Positions 27,382 through 38,133 of a DNA stretch of 53,752 bases are shown in pieces. The stretch lies in NCBI GenBank assembly GCA_012728565.1, contig JAAYEV010000032.1:1-53752 (forward strand). The letters are read 5' to 3'. A program made the translations under genes and the position numbers. Position 1 is the stretch's first letter, and each line of letters opens with the position of its first letter. Source of the stretch: Clostridiales bacterium. GTDB lineage: Bacteria > Bacillota > Clostridia > Ch29. The notes below the pieces were generated by a model, which saw only the letters and a list, made by a program, of their open reading frames with translations, did no database searches and was not told where the DNA came from.

Positions 27382-30300
27382 CTAACTGACCATGTCCTCC
27401 AGTCTTACCGATACCAGTTTCGAAATCCCCTTTTCCTGCATTGTCACGCCGTACAGGTTGTTGGCTGTTTCTATTGTTCCCTTCCTGTGGGTGATTACTA
27501 TGAATTGTATGTCGGCGGAAAGCTTTTTCAGGAACTCACCGAACCTCTCCACGTTTGCGTCGTCAAGGGCGGCTTCAATTTCGTCCAGTATGCAGAAAGG
27601 CGACGGCTTAACCGAGAGTATCGCAAACAGCAGCGCTATCGCTGTCAGGGCCTTTTCTCCCCCCGACAGCAGCGATATTTGCTGCAGTTTTTTACCCGGC
27701 GGCTGTGCTATTATATCAATACCCGATTCCAGTATGTTGGCCTGGTCGGAAAGCAGTACCTTGGCCTTCCCGCCGCCGAACAGCTCCCTGAAAACCTTGT
27801 TGAAACTCTCGTTTATTACTTGGAATTGTTCGGCGAACTGTTTCTTCATCGTATCCGTCATCTCTTTTATTATCCTGTTCAGGGAATCCCTGGCCTCCTC
27901 CAAGTCCTTTTTCTGGGAATTCAGAAAGTCAAACCTTTCCTTAACCCTGGCATACTCTTCAATGGCGTTAATATTAACGTTGCCCAGTTCCTTAATGTTT
28001 GCCTTTAATTCTATAATCCTGCTGCGTGCCGCCTTCTCGTCCTTTATTTCGCACTTGTAGTCAAGGGCATGGATGCGGGTTACCTCGTACTCTTCCCACA
28101 TCCTGTCATGAAGGTTTCCTATCTCCATGTCCACCTTGGTAAGCTGTACTTCATACCGGTGAAGCCTTTTTTCCAGCTCGGAGATTTCCTTATATATTTC
28201 TTTAACCGCCTGTTCCTTTTCCTTCATTCTATGCTGGCATTCGGACTTTGTTTGCTGCAGCTTTGTCATTTCCATGCTGTCCCTGTTTCTTTCCTCGACC
28301 AGAACTTCAATCTCCTGCTGCAGCGCCGATATCCCGTCCTCCAGCTTCTCAATATTTTTCCTGTTTATCTCTATCTCCTTTTCCCGGTCTATAACCGACA
28401 TACGGGCCTTCTGCAGCATAGAAACCGCCCTCTGGAACCCCGACTGAACGTCTTCAAGCTTTTGGGCGATTCTTGCCGCCTCCACCCTGTGGGCCGTTAT
28501 CTGCTGCATAATGTTATCCCGGTCCTGTTTTTTCTCGGAGCTTATCCTCTGCAAATTCCTTATTTGCTCCTCCATTTGCTTGTTCTCGTTCTCTTTCTCC
28601 TTTATACTTTTTTGTATTTTCTCTATTTGCTGCTGGGTTTCATAATAATCGGATTCCAGTGTAAGCTTCTCGGATTCAAACTGAAGCTTTTTGGCTTCCC
28701 TGTCCTCCAGCTCCTTTGCCTTTGCTTCCAGCATCTCGGTTATCCTAATCCTTTGCAGGTCAAGCCGGTGATATGCATCCGCCATCTCCTGTATCCTCAG
28801 CTCAATATCCTGCTCCATTTCGGCCAGCTCCCTTATCGTGTGGTCCAGCCGCCCTGTTTCATCCGCCTTGCTGTTCAATGTGCTTTGCAGCGATTGGATT
28901 TCCCCTTTTCTCTGCAGCAGCCCCGCCTCTTTGCTGTAACTGCTTCCCCCGGTCATGGAACCCCCGACGTTTATTATGTCCCCGTCGGAGGTCACTATCC
29001 TGAACCCGTACCCGAAGGCCCTTGCCATTTTTATGCCGCTGTCAAGGCTGTCCACAACCACTACCCTTCCCAGCAGGTTGTCAATTATGTTACGAATCCT
29101 GTCCGGGCAGTTTACAAGGGAAGACGCCCTACCGATACACCCTTCCATACCAAGGGCCTTTTCCTCGTCCCTGCTTAGGTTTCTCGGCTTTATTGAACTT
29201 ATGGGCAGAAAGGTGGCCCGTCCCAGGTTGCTGCGTTTCAGGTAGTTTATCGCCGTTTTGGCATCCTCCTCGGTGTTTGTCACAATGCTCTGTAGGTTAT
29301 AACCCAGGGCAGTTTCTATGGCCCTCTCCAGTCCCGGCCGGACTGTGATCAGCTTTGCAACAGCCCCCACTATTCCCTTTTCAAGGCCCTTTACCCGGCC
29401 ACACGCTTCCAGCAGCGACCTTACGCTTCTTGAATATCCCTCGTACTCCCTTTCCATCTGCTGGAGCAGGGCCAGCTTTGACCTGCTTATCCCCAGTTCT
29501 TCCCTCAGGTTTTTTTGTTTTTGCTCCAGCTGCAACCGCCGGTTCCTTAAATCGTTCAACTTGTCAACCATGCCGCTCCGCTGCCGGGTATTCTCTGCCA
29601 GCTGTTTTTCCAAGCCACCCAGCGTTCTTTTAAGGTCATCCCTTTCGGTCTTTAAAACCCCAATCCTTTCGTCTACGTTTTGCATTTCCTCAAGCAGCTG
29701 AGCTTTTCGCGTATAAATGGTCTGGTTAAGCGTTTTCAGGCTGTTTGCATTACTGTTTAGTTCGGAAATCCGGTTTAAGTTCTCAATTATGCCTGTTTTT
29801 ATCTCCTCAACCTTTGCCTCGTCCTTTCCCACCTGCGCCCCTATGCTGTCCAGGTTGGCCTGGAAGGCATCAATTATCTGTTTCTTTTCCTCCAGTTCCT
29901 TTTTCAGGTCCTGCATCTCCTGCATTCTTTTTTGTTTTTCTTCCTCCAGCGCGGCGGTTTCATTTTCCGTTTCGGCGATTTCCGCCTTATGCCTTTCAAT
30001 ATTCTCCTTTTCTCCCTGTATCCTCTGTTTAAGTACCTTTACCTCGCCTTCCTTTTTTTCAGCCAGGTTGAGGCTTCTGAACACCCTCTCCTGGACCTCC
30101 TTAAGTTCCTCCTCCAACTGCTGTATTTTTGTTTCAAGGCTTGAGAACTCCGTTTCCAATTGGTTAACCGTATTATTTTTATTGTTAACCAGTCTCCGGC
30201 ATTCCTTTATCTTTTCCTGTATGCCGGTTTTTTGCCTGTTCAGCTTTTCAAGATTGTCTATAAAAAGGCTCAGTTCAAGCTTTTTGAGTTCATCCCTCAT

Positions 30301-30951
30301 CAATATGTAGGACTTTGCCACTTCGCTTTGTTCAAAAAGGGGACCCACCTGCCTTTGGAGTTCATCAATGATGTCCCCCAGCCTCAGAAGGTTTTCCTCG
30401 GTCCTTTGGAGTTTTCTTTCCGCTTCGTCCTTCCTGGTTTTATACTTTACTATTCCCGCGGCTTCTTCGAATATTTTTCGCCGGTCCTCGGCCTTTGAAC
30501 TGAGGATTTCGTCTATCCTGCCCTGTCCTATTATCGAATATCCTTCCTTGCCTATGCCGGTATCCATGAAAAGCTCGTTAATATCCTTCAGCCTGCAGCC
30601 GGTCCTGTTCAGGTAATACTCGCTCTCTCCCGACCGGAAAAGTCTCCTTGTTACCACCACTTCGGAATACTCTATGGGCAAAAAGCCGTCCCCGTTGTCC
30701 AGCGTTATAGAGACCTCGGCAAAACCCAAGGCTTTCCGGTTGTCGGTACCGGCGAAGATGACATCCTCCATCCGGCTGCCCCTTAAGTTCTTTATGCTTT
30801 GCTCCCCCAGCACCCACCTGACAGCGTCGGCTATGTTGCTTTTGCCGCTGCCGTTGGGCCCGACGATGGCCGCTATGCCTTTGTCGAATTCAAGATTGAT
30901 TCTCTCGGCAAAGGATTTGAACCCTTTTATTTCTATGCTCTTAAGATACAT
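27382..30951 (-). CDS. smc: Chromosome segregation protein SMC
   Basis: GFKSF, GPNGSGKSN, hinge GRATFLP, LSGGE, LDEIEAALD. Confidence 0.99.
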   Translation of the reverse strand: MYLKSIEIKGFKSFAERINLEFDKGIAAIVGPNGSGKSNIADAVRWVLGEQSIKNLRGSRMEDVIFAGTDNRKALGFAEVSITLDNGDGFLPIEYSEVVVTRRLFRSGESEYYLNRTGCRLKDINELFMDTGIGKEGYSIIGQGRIDEILSSKAEDRRKIFEEAAGIVKYKTRKDEAERKLQRTEENLLRLGDIIDELQRQVGPLFEQSEVAKSYILMRDELKKLELSLFIDNLEKLNRQKTGIQEKIKECRRLVNNKNNTVNQLETEFSSLETKIQQLEEELKEVQERVFRSLNLAEKKEGEVKVLKQRIQGEKENIERHKAEIAETENETAALEEEKQKRMQEMQDLKKELEEKKQIIDAFQANLDSIGAQVGKDEAKVEEIKTGIIENLNRISELNSNANSLKTLNQTIYTRKAQLLEEMQNVDERIGVLKTERDDLKRTLGGLEKQLAENTRQRSGMVDKLNDLRNRRLQLEQKQKNLREELGISRSKLALLQQMEREYEGYSRSVRSLLEACGRVKGLEKGIVGAVAKLITVRPGLERAIETALGYNLQSIVTNTEEDAKTAINYLKRSNLGRATFLPISSIKPRNLSRDEEKALGMEGCIGRASSLVNCPDRIRNIIDNLLGRVVVVDSLDSGIKMARAFGYGFRIVTSDGDIINVGGSMTGGSSYSKEAGLLQRKGEIQSLQSTLNSKADETGRLDHTIRELAEMEQDIELRIQEMADAYHRLDLQRIRITEMLEAKAKELEDREAKKLQFESEKLTLESDYYETQQQIEKIQKSIKEKENENKQMEEQIRNLQRISSEKKQDRDNIMQQITAHRVEAARIAQKLEDVQSGFQRAVSMLQKARMSVIDREKEIEINRKNIEKLEDGISALQQEIEVLVEERNRDSMEMTKLQQTKSECQHRMKEKEQAVKEIYKEISELEKRLHRYEVQLTKVDMEIGNLHDRMWEEYEVTRIHALDYKCEIKDEKAARSRIIELKANIKELGNVNINAIEEYARVKERFDFLNSQKKDLEEARDSLNRIIKEMTDTMKKQFAEQFQVINESFNKVFRELFGGGKAKVLLSDQANILESGIDIIAQPPGKKLQQISLLSGGEKALTAIALLFAILSVKPSPFCILDEIEAALDDANVERFGEFLKKLSADIQFIVITHRKGTIETANNLYGVTMQEKGISKLVSVRLEDMVS

Positions 30952-30983
30952 GGACTATACCTCCGGCACTGGTGTCCAATGGA

Positions 30984-32057
30984 CTATTTGATGCTTTTTA
31001 TCACCTGGCGGTAATCCGCCTCAAACATTCTTTTCCCATTTATAAACCGAATTTCGCTGCGACCCAGGTCTTTATTCTTTAACACTTTAATCTCCAGCCC
31101 GGGATATTCCCTTTCCAGGGCCTTTATATTTTCCTTGCCAATCCCCTTAAGCGTCGAAAGCAGCTTGGGATTTGTCTCCATCACGATTCCCACTTCCGGG
31201 TCCATTCCCCTTTGGTCCAATATCCATTTAACCGCCCTAAGGACCAGCCTGGAATCAACAAGCTGCCTGAAAGACGGGTGGAAGGGCCCTGCAACCACCT
31301 CTCCGCCTTCGCTTATCAGCTCAGTGGGCTGCAGCCCCATTCGTATTATGGCAATGTTTTCCCTTATAAACATTGCCGCCAGGACAGCGCACAGGTCAAC
31401 CGCCTCTTCCAGCGAAGGAGGCTTGTACATTCCTTTTTTGTACATTGTTTCAAGGGCGGTACCCCTTATTACCAGCGTTGGATATATCCTCACAAAGTCC
31501 GGTTTCAGCGCACATATCCCGGACGCGGTTTGCACCTCGGTATCCGGCCGGGAACCGGGAAGCCCTACCATCATCTGCAAACCAAGCCGAAACCCGTACT
31601 CCCGTATTTTCCTGGAAGCCTGTACAACGTCCGCGCTGCTGTGTCCCCTGGCACTTTTTTTCAGTACCTCGTCGCTCATGGACTGGACTCCCAGCTCTAT
31701 AGTGTCCACGCGGAATTCCGAGAGCCTTTCCAGTACTTCTTGGTCTATATAATCCGGCCTGGTGGAAAGCCTTATCCTATCAATAAGCCCCTCTTTTTTT
31801 GCAAGGTAAGCTTCTTTTAAAAAAGCCGTCTGGAGCGGTGCCGGTATGCCTGTAAAACTGCCGCCGAAAAATGCCGCTTCCACCATCCTGGCATTTCGGG
31901 GAAAAGTGGCGCGGTACTCTCGTATTATGGGAATGACTTCTTCCGGTAACACCGGGCGCTCTTTACCGGTAATTTTGCCCTGGCTGCAAAACACGCAGTC
32001 ATGGGGACAGCCGACGTGGGGGATGAAAAAAGGAACAATAAAATGGGTTTTGGTCAT
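30984..32057 (-). CDS. Elp3-like radical SAM protein
   Basis: FIPHVGCPHDCVFC (CX3CX2C), FFGGSFT, STRPD, ELGVQS; usual position after rnc in Clostridia. Confidence 0.9.
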   Translation of the reverse strand: MTKTHFIVPFFIPHVGCPHDCVFCSQGKITGKERPVLPEEVIPIIREYRATFPRNARMVEAAFFGGSFTGIPAPLQTAFLKEAYLAKKEGLIDRIRLSTRPDYIDQEVLERLSEFRVDTIELGVQSMSDEVLKKSARGHSSADVVQASRKIREYGFRLGLQMMVGLPGSRPDTEVQTASGICALKPDFVRIYPTLVIRGTALETMYKKGMYKPPSLEEAVDLCAVLAAMFIRENIAIIRMGLQPTELISEGGEVVAGPFHPSFRQLVDSRLVLRAVKWILDQRGMDPEVGIVMETNPKLLSTLKGIGKENIKALEREYPGLEIKVLKNKDLGRSEIRFINGKRMFEADYRQVIKSIK

Positions 32058-32058
32058 T

Positions 32059-32769
32059 TCAGCCCTCCAGCCTTTCCAACGCTTTTTGTGCAGCGTTTTG
32101 TTCCGCTTCCTTTTTGCTTTTCCCGGTACCTTCCCCGTAAACCCTGTCCCCTATTAATACTCTCACCCGAAAGGTTTTGTCGTGGTCCGGCCCTTCCTGG
32201 TCTACAAGCCTGTACTCAACCGTATTATGGCCGGAGGCCTGGACGGTTTCCTGGAGCTCGGTCTTATAATCCCCTGCTAAGCTTTGTTCCGCCAGCTCCC
32301 GTGCACTGGCCTGCAAGTATCCCAAAACAAATTCCCTGGCCGGCGCGTACCCCCCGTCAAGGTATATGGAGCCAATACCCGCCTCTAAGGTGTCCGCAAG
32401 GATTGAAATCCTGCTGCGGCCGCCGTTTTGATCTTCTCCCTTGCCCATTTGAAGGAAATCCCCCAGGCCCAGTTCCCTGGCACGCTGCCCAAGGGCCTTG
32501 CCCCGCACCAGGGCGGCCCTCATTTTGGTTAGCGTTCCCTCCGTACAATCGGCAAATTCATTGAAAAGGAATTCGCTGGTTATCATCTCCAGTACGGCAT
32601 CCCCCAAGAACTCAAGCCTTTCATTGTACTCGTCCTTACCAAGACCCTTTTCATTGGCATAGGAACTGTGGGTTAAGGCACAGTTCAACAGGGCAATATC
32701 CTTGTAGCGATACCCGAGGCGGTCCTGCAGTTTCTTAAGTTCCTCCAGCCTTGGCCCTTTTATCCTCAA
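32059..32769 (-). CDS. rnc: Ribonuclease III
   Basis: NERLEFLGDAVL and dsRBD (YKTELQE, GKSKKEAEQ). Extended -10 TGCTATAAT at 32817-32825 upstream. Confidence 0.98.
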   Translation of the reverse strand: MRIKGPRLEELKKLQDRLGYRYKDIALLNCALTHSSYANEKGLGKDEYNERLEFLGDAVLEMITSEFLFNEFADCTEGTLTKMRAALVRGKALGQRARELGLGDFLQMGKGEDQNGGRSRISILADTLEAGIGSIYLDGGYAPAREFVLGYLQASARELAEQSLAGDYKTELQETVQASGHNTVEYRLVDQEGPDHDKTFRVRVLIGDRVYGEGTGKSKKEAEQNAAQKALERLEG

Positions 32770-32853
32770 AAACCGACATCCTTTCCGGCATCATTCGATA
32801 CAAAACATCCTTGTATATTATAGCATATTTCTACCTTAAAATAACCAAGGGTC

Positions 32854-34092
32854 CTATTCAAACCTTTTAAAGCATATGGTGGCGTTATGGCCTCCAAAAC
32901 CCAGCGAGTTGGATATGGCGTAGTCTATATTTCGCTTAACTCCCTTGTTGGGCGTATAATCCAGGTCACAGTCGGGGTCGGGGGTGGTATAGTTCATGGT
33001 GGGCGGCACAAACCCTTCATGTATTGCCAATACAGCAGCTATCGCCTCTATACCTCCGGCCGCCCCCAGAAGGTGACCGGTAACCGATTTTGTCGAGCTT
33101 ATGGCAAGCTTGTAAGCATGCTCTCCGAACACCTGCTTTATTGCCTCGGTTTCAAACTGGTCGTTGTACTTGGTGGAAGTTCCGTGGGCATTTATATAGT
33201 CTATCCTGTCCGGTGTAATACCGGCGTCTTCCAGGGCCTTTTCCATGGCCGACGCAGCCCCCGCCCCGCCCGGTGCCGGCGCGGTTATGTGATAGGCATC
33301 GGCGGTCCTGCCGTAGCCCACAAGCTCTGCATAAATCCTTGCGCCCCTTTTAAGCGCGTGATTTAGTTCCTCCAGTATCAGGATACCGCAGCCCTCTCCC
33401 AGCACGAAGCCGTCCCTTTCGCCGTCAAAGGGCCTGCTGGCGCCCCGGGGGTCATGGTTGCGGGTGGACAGGGCTTTCATGGAACAAAAGCCTGCTACCG
33501 CAATAGGGGTTACCGCCGCTTCGGTACCGCCGGTTATAACCATGTCGGCATCCCCCCGCTGTATAACCCTGAAGGCATCCCCGACAGCGTTTGTTCCCGA
33601 AGCGCAGGCAGTGACCACTGTCTCATTTGGCCCCCTGGCGCCAAAGGCTATTGCCATCTGCCCCGCCGCCATATTGGAAATCATCATGGGTATGAAGAAG
33701 GGACTTATCCTGGATTGCCCCTTTTCTATCAGCACCCTGAACTGGCTCTCCAGTGTCTCAATGCCCCCAATACCCGATCCCAGTATAATACCAAGCCTGT
33801 CCTTGTCAACCCTACCCAGGTCGACACCGCCGTCTTCCAGGGCCATCCTGGCACCGGCAACGGCATACTGGGTAAAGGTGTCCATACGCCTTGCTTCCTT
33901 TTTATCCATAAAATCACCGGGCACGAAGTCCTTGACCTCAGCGGCTATGGTGCACTCGTACCCTTCGGTATCAAATTTTGTTATTTCTCCTATACCGGAT
34001 ATCCCGTCCTTAATCGATGCCCAGAACCTGTCCTTCCCCAGTCCGACGGGTGTCACAGCCCCCAAGCCGGTAACCACAACTCTTTTTTCCAT
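32854..34092 (-). CDS. fabF: 3-oxoacyl-ACP synthase II
   Basis: [32 protein letters not shown]. Confidence 0.98.
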   Translation of the reverse strand: MEKRVVVTGLGAVTPVGLGKDRFWASIKDGISGIGEITKFDTEGYECTIAAEVKDFVPGDFMDKKEARRMDTFTQYAVAGARMALEDGGVDLGRVDKDRLGIILGSGIGGIETLESQFRVLIEKGQSRISPFFIPMMISNMAAGQMAIAFGARGPNETVVTACASGTNAVGDAFRVIQRGDADMVITGGTEAAVTPIAVAGFCSMKALSTRNHDPRGASRPFDGERDGFVLGEGCGILILEELNHALKRGARIYAELVGYGRTADAYHITAPAPGGAGAASAMEKALEDAGITPDRIDYINAHGTSTKYNDQFETEAIKQVFGEHAYKLAISSTKSVTGHLLGAAGGIEAIAAVLAIHEGFVPPTMNYTTPDPDCDLDYTPNKGVKRNIDYAISNSLGFGGHNATICFKRFE

Positions 34093-34161
34093 TCCGGCGA
34101 CCTCCTTTTGTTATTTCTGTTGCTATATATTAACAAATCGCAGTGATTTGCCTTTTTACTT

Positions 34162-34187
34162 AAGAAAGTCCCGATTTCAATCGGGAC
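34162..34187 (-). terminator. Probable (leaky) terminator after acpP
   Basis: GUCCCGAU-UGAA-AUCGGGAC stem followed by UUUCUU. Confidence 0.65.
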
Positions 34188-34194
34188 CTTCGGA

Positions 34195-34422
34195 CTAGCT
34201 ATTGTTTTTTATGTATTCTACAGCATCCCCAACGGTGCTGATTTTTTCAGCGTCCTCGTCCGGGATCTCCAAATCAAATTCTTCTTCCAAAGCCATTATC
34301 AGCTCAACCAGGTCCAGGGAATCGGCTCCCAAGTCTTCTATAAATCGTGCATCGCTTGATATCTCCTCTTCGTCCACACCCAGCTGGTCTGCAATAATCT
34401 CCCTCACCTTTTCAAATATCAT
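34195..34422 (-). CDS. acpP: Acyl carrier protein
   Basis: [12 protein letters not shown]. Confidence 0.99.
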   Translation of the reverse strand: MIFEKVREIIADQLGVDEEEISSDARFIEDLGADSLDLVELIMALEEEFDLEIPDEDAEKISTVGDAVEYIKNNS

Positions 34423-34470
34423 CTTGTCACCTCCTTCCGGGTACTTGCTATAAAATATATATTAAATATA

Positions 34471-35217
34471 TTACATAACAATTCCACCGTCAACGCCAAT
34501 TATTTGTCCTGTAATGTATGAAGCAAGGTCGCTGCTTAAAAACGCGACAAGGTATGCAACATCCTCAGGGGTACCCGGCCTGCCCAACACAACCCTCTTT
34601 GTCATCTCGTCCCTTATATCCTGTGACAGTTTCATGGTCATGTCGGTTTGGATATAGCCCGGGGCAACGGCGTTAACGGTTATTCCCCTGCTGCCCAGTT
34701 CCTTTGCCACCGCCTTTGTAAAGCCTATTACCCCCGCCTTGGAAGCACAGTAATTTGCCTGGCCGGCATTCCCGTATATGCCCACCACCGACGATATGTT
34801 TACTATTCTTCCCCATCTTTTCTTAATCATAAGCCGTGACGCAGCCCTGGTACAGTTAAATACTCCCGTCATGTTTATATCAATAACCTGCCGCCAATCC
34901 TCGTCTTTCATTCGCAAGAGGAGCCCGTCCCGGGTTATGCCTGCGCAGTTCACAAGGATGTCCACTGCCCCAAAACGCGCGGCGGCCCTTTCTATAAGGC
35001 TGTTAGCCTCGTCCGGGTTTGCAACGTTAGCAGCAAAGGCTTCAGCGTCCCCGCCAAGGTTTTTTATCTCCGTTACCGTTTCCTCCGCCGCCTTGGAGCC
35101 GCTGGCATAATTCACCGCCACAGCCGCCCCCAGCCGCGCCAGGGTTATGGCTGTGGCCTTTCCGATACCCCTGGACCCGCCGGTAACTACAGCTACCTTT
35201 CCATTTAGATTTAACAT
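34471..35217 (-). CDS. fabG: 3-oxoacyl-ACP reductase
   Basis: TGGSRGIG, GQANYCASK. Confidence 0.97.
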   Translation of the reverse strand: MLNLNGKVAVVTGGSRGIGKATAITLARLGAAVAVNYASGSKAAEETVTEIKNLGGDAEAFAANVANPDEANSLIERAAARFGAVDILVNCAGITRDGLLLRMKDEDWRQVIDINMTGVFNCTRAASRLMIKKRWGRIVNISSVVGIYGNAGQANYCASKAGVIGFTKAVAKELGSRGITVNAVAPGYIQTDMTMKLSQDIRDEMTKRVVLGRPGTPEDVAYLVAFLSSDLASYITGQIIGVDGGIVM

Positions 35218-36155
35218 TTGACCCCCTCCAATTCCAATAGGGCATTATTCAGGCTTTCCAAGTTTTCAATGTTCAATACCCGTACTCCCTTATCTATTTT
35301 CTTAACAAAGCCGGTCAGCGTTTTCCCCGGTCCTATTTCAACGAAGGTGTCCGCCCCCAGCTCAATCATTCGCTTAACGCTCTCCTCCCACAGCACCGGC
35401 CTGCTTACCTGCTTTACCAGGTTACCTTTTATTAAGTCACTACGGGTCTCCTCGGTGGCGGTAACATTTGCAATCACCGGTACTACGGCATCCATTATTT
35501 TTATCCCTTCAAGAGCCTTTTCCAGCTTTTCTTCCACCGGTCTCAGCAGACTGCAGTGGAAGGGTGCGCTTACCGGCAGCATTACAGCCCTCCTTGCCCC
35601 CATCGTCTTTGCCATCTCAACCGCGGCGGCCACCGCCTTTGTTTCTCCTGAAACGGCGGTCTGGCATGAGCAGTTGTAATTGGCCGGTTCCACCACGCCC
35701 TGGTTTGAGGCCCTGCGGCAGCATTCTTCAACCAGTTCCTTGTCAAGTCCGATAATTGCCGCCATCGTGCCGGTGTTTACCGGTACGGCATTCTGCATAA
35801 GCTTACCCCTTTTATGCACCAGCACCACAGCGTCTTCGAACTGCAGCGAGCCCGCTGCTATAAGGGCGGAATACTCGCCAAGGCTAAGTCCCGCCGCCAT
35901 GTCCGGTCTAAGACCGTGTTTTTTTATAATTTCAAGTATGGCGGCGCTTACAGTTGTTATGGCCGGCTGTGTAATCTCCGTTTCGGTAAGTTTCTCCTCC
36001 GGGCCCTCGAATATTATCCCGGTTAGGTTAAATCCCAGCGCCCGGTCCGCCCTATCAAAAACCCCCGCCGCCTCGGGGAACTCCTGGTATAGGTCCTTGC
36101 CCATACCTATATACTGTGCCCCCTGGCCGGGGAAAATAAACGCAACTTTGCCCAT
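35211..36155 (-). CDS. fabD: Malonyl-CoA:ACP transacylase
   Basis: FPGQGAQ, GLSLGEY, SAPFH. Confidence 0.97.
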   Translation of the reverse strand: MGKVAFIFPGQGAQYIGMGKDLYQEFPEAAGVFDRADRALGFNLTGIIFEGPEEKLTETEITQPAITTVSAAILEIIKKHGLRPDMAAGLSLGEYSALIAAGSLQFEDAVVLVHKRGKLMQNAVPVNTGTMAAIIGLDKELVEECCRRASNQGVVEPANYNCSCQTAVSGETKAVAAAVEMAKTMGARRAVMLPVSAPFHCSLLRPVEEKLEKALEGIKIMDAVVPVIANVTATEETRSDLIKGNLVKQVSRPVLWEESVKRMIELGADTFVEIGPGKTLTGFVKKIDKGVRVLNIENLESLNNALLELEGVKC

Positions 36156-36158
36156 AAT

Positions 36159-37106
36159 TTACCTCCCAAGCACCTTTGCGGTGATTTCTATTATATCCCT
36201 GGCTTCCTTTGTTATTCCTTCTATTATTTCTTTTACCGGCTTAATATCGTTTATAAGGCCTGCAATCTGCCCGGACATGACCGAACCATCCTTGGTATTG
36301 CCTTCCACCACTGCTTCCCGGAGCTTTCCGGCACCCAGCTTTTCCAGTTCTTCCGCCGGGGTCCCTGCCCTCTCCAGCCTGTCAAACTCGCGGGTCAGCT
36401 TATTCTTTAAGCACCTTACCGGATGGCCGGTGGTCCTGCCGGATACAACCGCATCCCTGTCACCGGCTTTAAGCAGGGCTTCCTTGTAATTGGCATGGGC
36501 GGTACATTCCACCGAGCATACAAACCTCGTTCCCATCTGTACCCCCTCGGCACCAAGCGCCAAGGCCGCCGCAAGACCCCTTCCGTCGGCAATTCCGCCG
36601 GCGGCAATAACCGGTATCTCAACAGCATCCACCACCTGGGGCACCAGGCACATGGTGGTTAATTCACCTATATGTCCACCGGCTTCGGTACCCTCGGCTA
36701 TCAGTGCATCGGCACCCACCGACTGCATTCGCTTTGCCAGGGCAACGCTTGGAACCACCGGTATGATTTTTGCCCCCGCTTCCTTAAGGCCGCCGATATA
36801 TTTCCCCGGGTTGCCGGCCCCGGTGGTCACCACCTTAACCCTATGCTTTATTATTACTTCCATCACCTGGTCCACAAAGGGGGAAAGCAGCATTACATTT
36901 ACGCCAAAGGGCTTTGTTGTAAGCTCTGAGGCCTTTATAATTTCCCTTTCCACCACGTCCGCGGGAGCGTTTCCGGCACCTATTATTCCAAGGCCCCCCG
37001 CGTTGGACACCGCCGCCGCCAGTTCGGCGGTTGCCACCCATGCCATGCCCCCCTGAAGGATAGGATATTCTATACCCAGTATTTCACATATCCTAGTATG
37101 TATCAT
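36159..37106 (-). CDS. fabK: Enoyl-ACP reductase II
   Basis: YPILQGGMAW, EAGGHIG, AAGGIADGRG, QMGTRF. Start moved to MIHTR. Confidence 0.95.
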   Translation of the reverse strand: MIHTRICEILGIEYPILQGGMAWVATAELAAAVSNAGGLGIIGAGNAPADVVEREIIKASELTTKPFGVNVMLLSPFVDQVMEVIIKHRVKVVTTGAGNPGKYIGGLKEAGAKIIPVVPSVALAKRMQSVGADALIAEGTEAGGHIGELTTMCLVPQVVDAVEIPVIAAGGIADGRGLAAALALGAEGVQMGTRFVCSVECTAHANYKEALLKAGDRDAVVSGRTTGHPVRCLKNKLTREFDRLERAGTPAEELEKLGAGKLREAVVEGNTKDGSVMSGQIAGLINDIKPVKEIIEGITKEARDIIEITAKVLGR

Positions 37107-37134
37107 TTCCACCACTCCCATTGCTATATTGGAA

Positions 37135-38133
37135 TTATTTGCTCCATTTAATGGCACAGGCACCCCAGGTCAGCCCAGCACCGAAGCCCACCAGCACCAG
37201 GTTATCGCCATTTTTGACAAGGCCATGCTTCACCGCTTCGTCCAATGCCACCGGGATGGAGGCCGATGACATGTTGCCGTACCTGCTTAGATTCATAAAT
37301 ATCTTGTCCTGAGGTATGCCCAGCCTTTTCGCCGCGGAATCCACGATCCTCTTGTTGGCCTGGTGCGGTATAAGAAGGTCAATATCGTCAAGGCTTAGGC
37401 CCGCCTTTTCCAAAACCCCCAGCGTGGCCTGCGGCATCACGCCTACCGCGAATTTATAAACTTCCCCGCCATCCATGTGTATGAAATGCTTGCCGGACTT
37501 TACCGTATCAATGCTGGCCGGCATCCTTGAGCCCCCGGCGGGCAGTGTGAGGTACTGGCCTTTCCAGCCCTCCGCTCCCAGAAGGGTGGCAATAATGCCG
37601 CTGTCTTTCGGTGCCTCCCTTAACACCGCTGCCCCTGCGCCGTCACCAAACAGTACGCAGGTACTGCGGTCCTCCCAGTTACATATCTTGGAAAGGGTTT
37701 CCGCACCTATCACCAGAACGTTTTTTGCATCCCCGGTGGAAATAAACTTTTCACCTATGGAGAGCCCGTATATAAAACCGGTGCATGCGGCCTGCACATC
37801 AAAGGCGCTGGCCTGTAGCGCCCCGAGGTTGGACTGCACTATACAGGCGGTGGACGGAAAAGCCATGTCCGGCGTTGCCGTCGCCACTATTATTACATCA
37901 ATTTCCCCGGCGGTTATCCCCGCATCCTCCATGGCTTTTTTCGCCGCCTCCGTTGCAAGGTCGGAGGTGGCGGTGCCCGCATCGCTTATCCTGCGCTCGG
38001 ATATGCCGGTGCGGCTTACTATCCACTCGTCGCTGGTATCCACCATCCTTTCAAGGTCGAAGTTTGTGAGTATCCTTTCGGGAAGGCACCTGCCCGTCCC
38101 GGCAATGCCAACAGGCTTTAACATCTTATCCAT
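37135..38133 (-). CDS. fabH: 3-oxoacyl-ACP synthase III
   Basis: AACTGF, LFGDGAGA, PHQAN, YGNMSSAS. Confidence 0.97.
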   Translation of the reverse strand: MDKMLKPVGIAGTGRCLPERILTNFDLERMVDTSDEWIVSRTGISERRISDAGTATSDLATEAAKKAMEDAGITAGEIDVIIVATATPDMAFPSTACIVQSNLGALQASAFDVQAACTGFIYGLSIGEKFISTGDAKNVLVIGAETLSKICNWEDRSTCVLFGDGAGAAVLREAPKDSGIIATLLGAEGWKGQYLTLPAGGSRMPASIDTVKSGKHFIHMDGGEVYKFAVGVMPQATLGVLEKAGLSLDDIDLLIPHQANKRIVDSAAKRLGIPQDKIFMNLSRYGNMSSASIPVALDEAVKHGLVKNGDNLVLVGFGAGLTWGACAIKWSK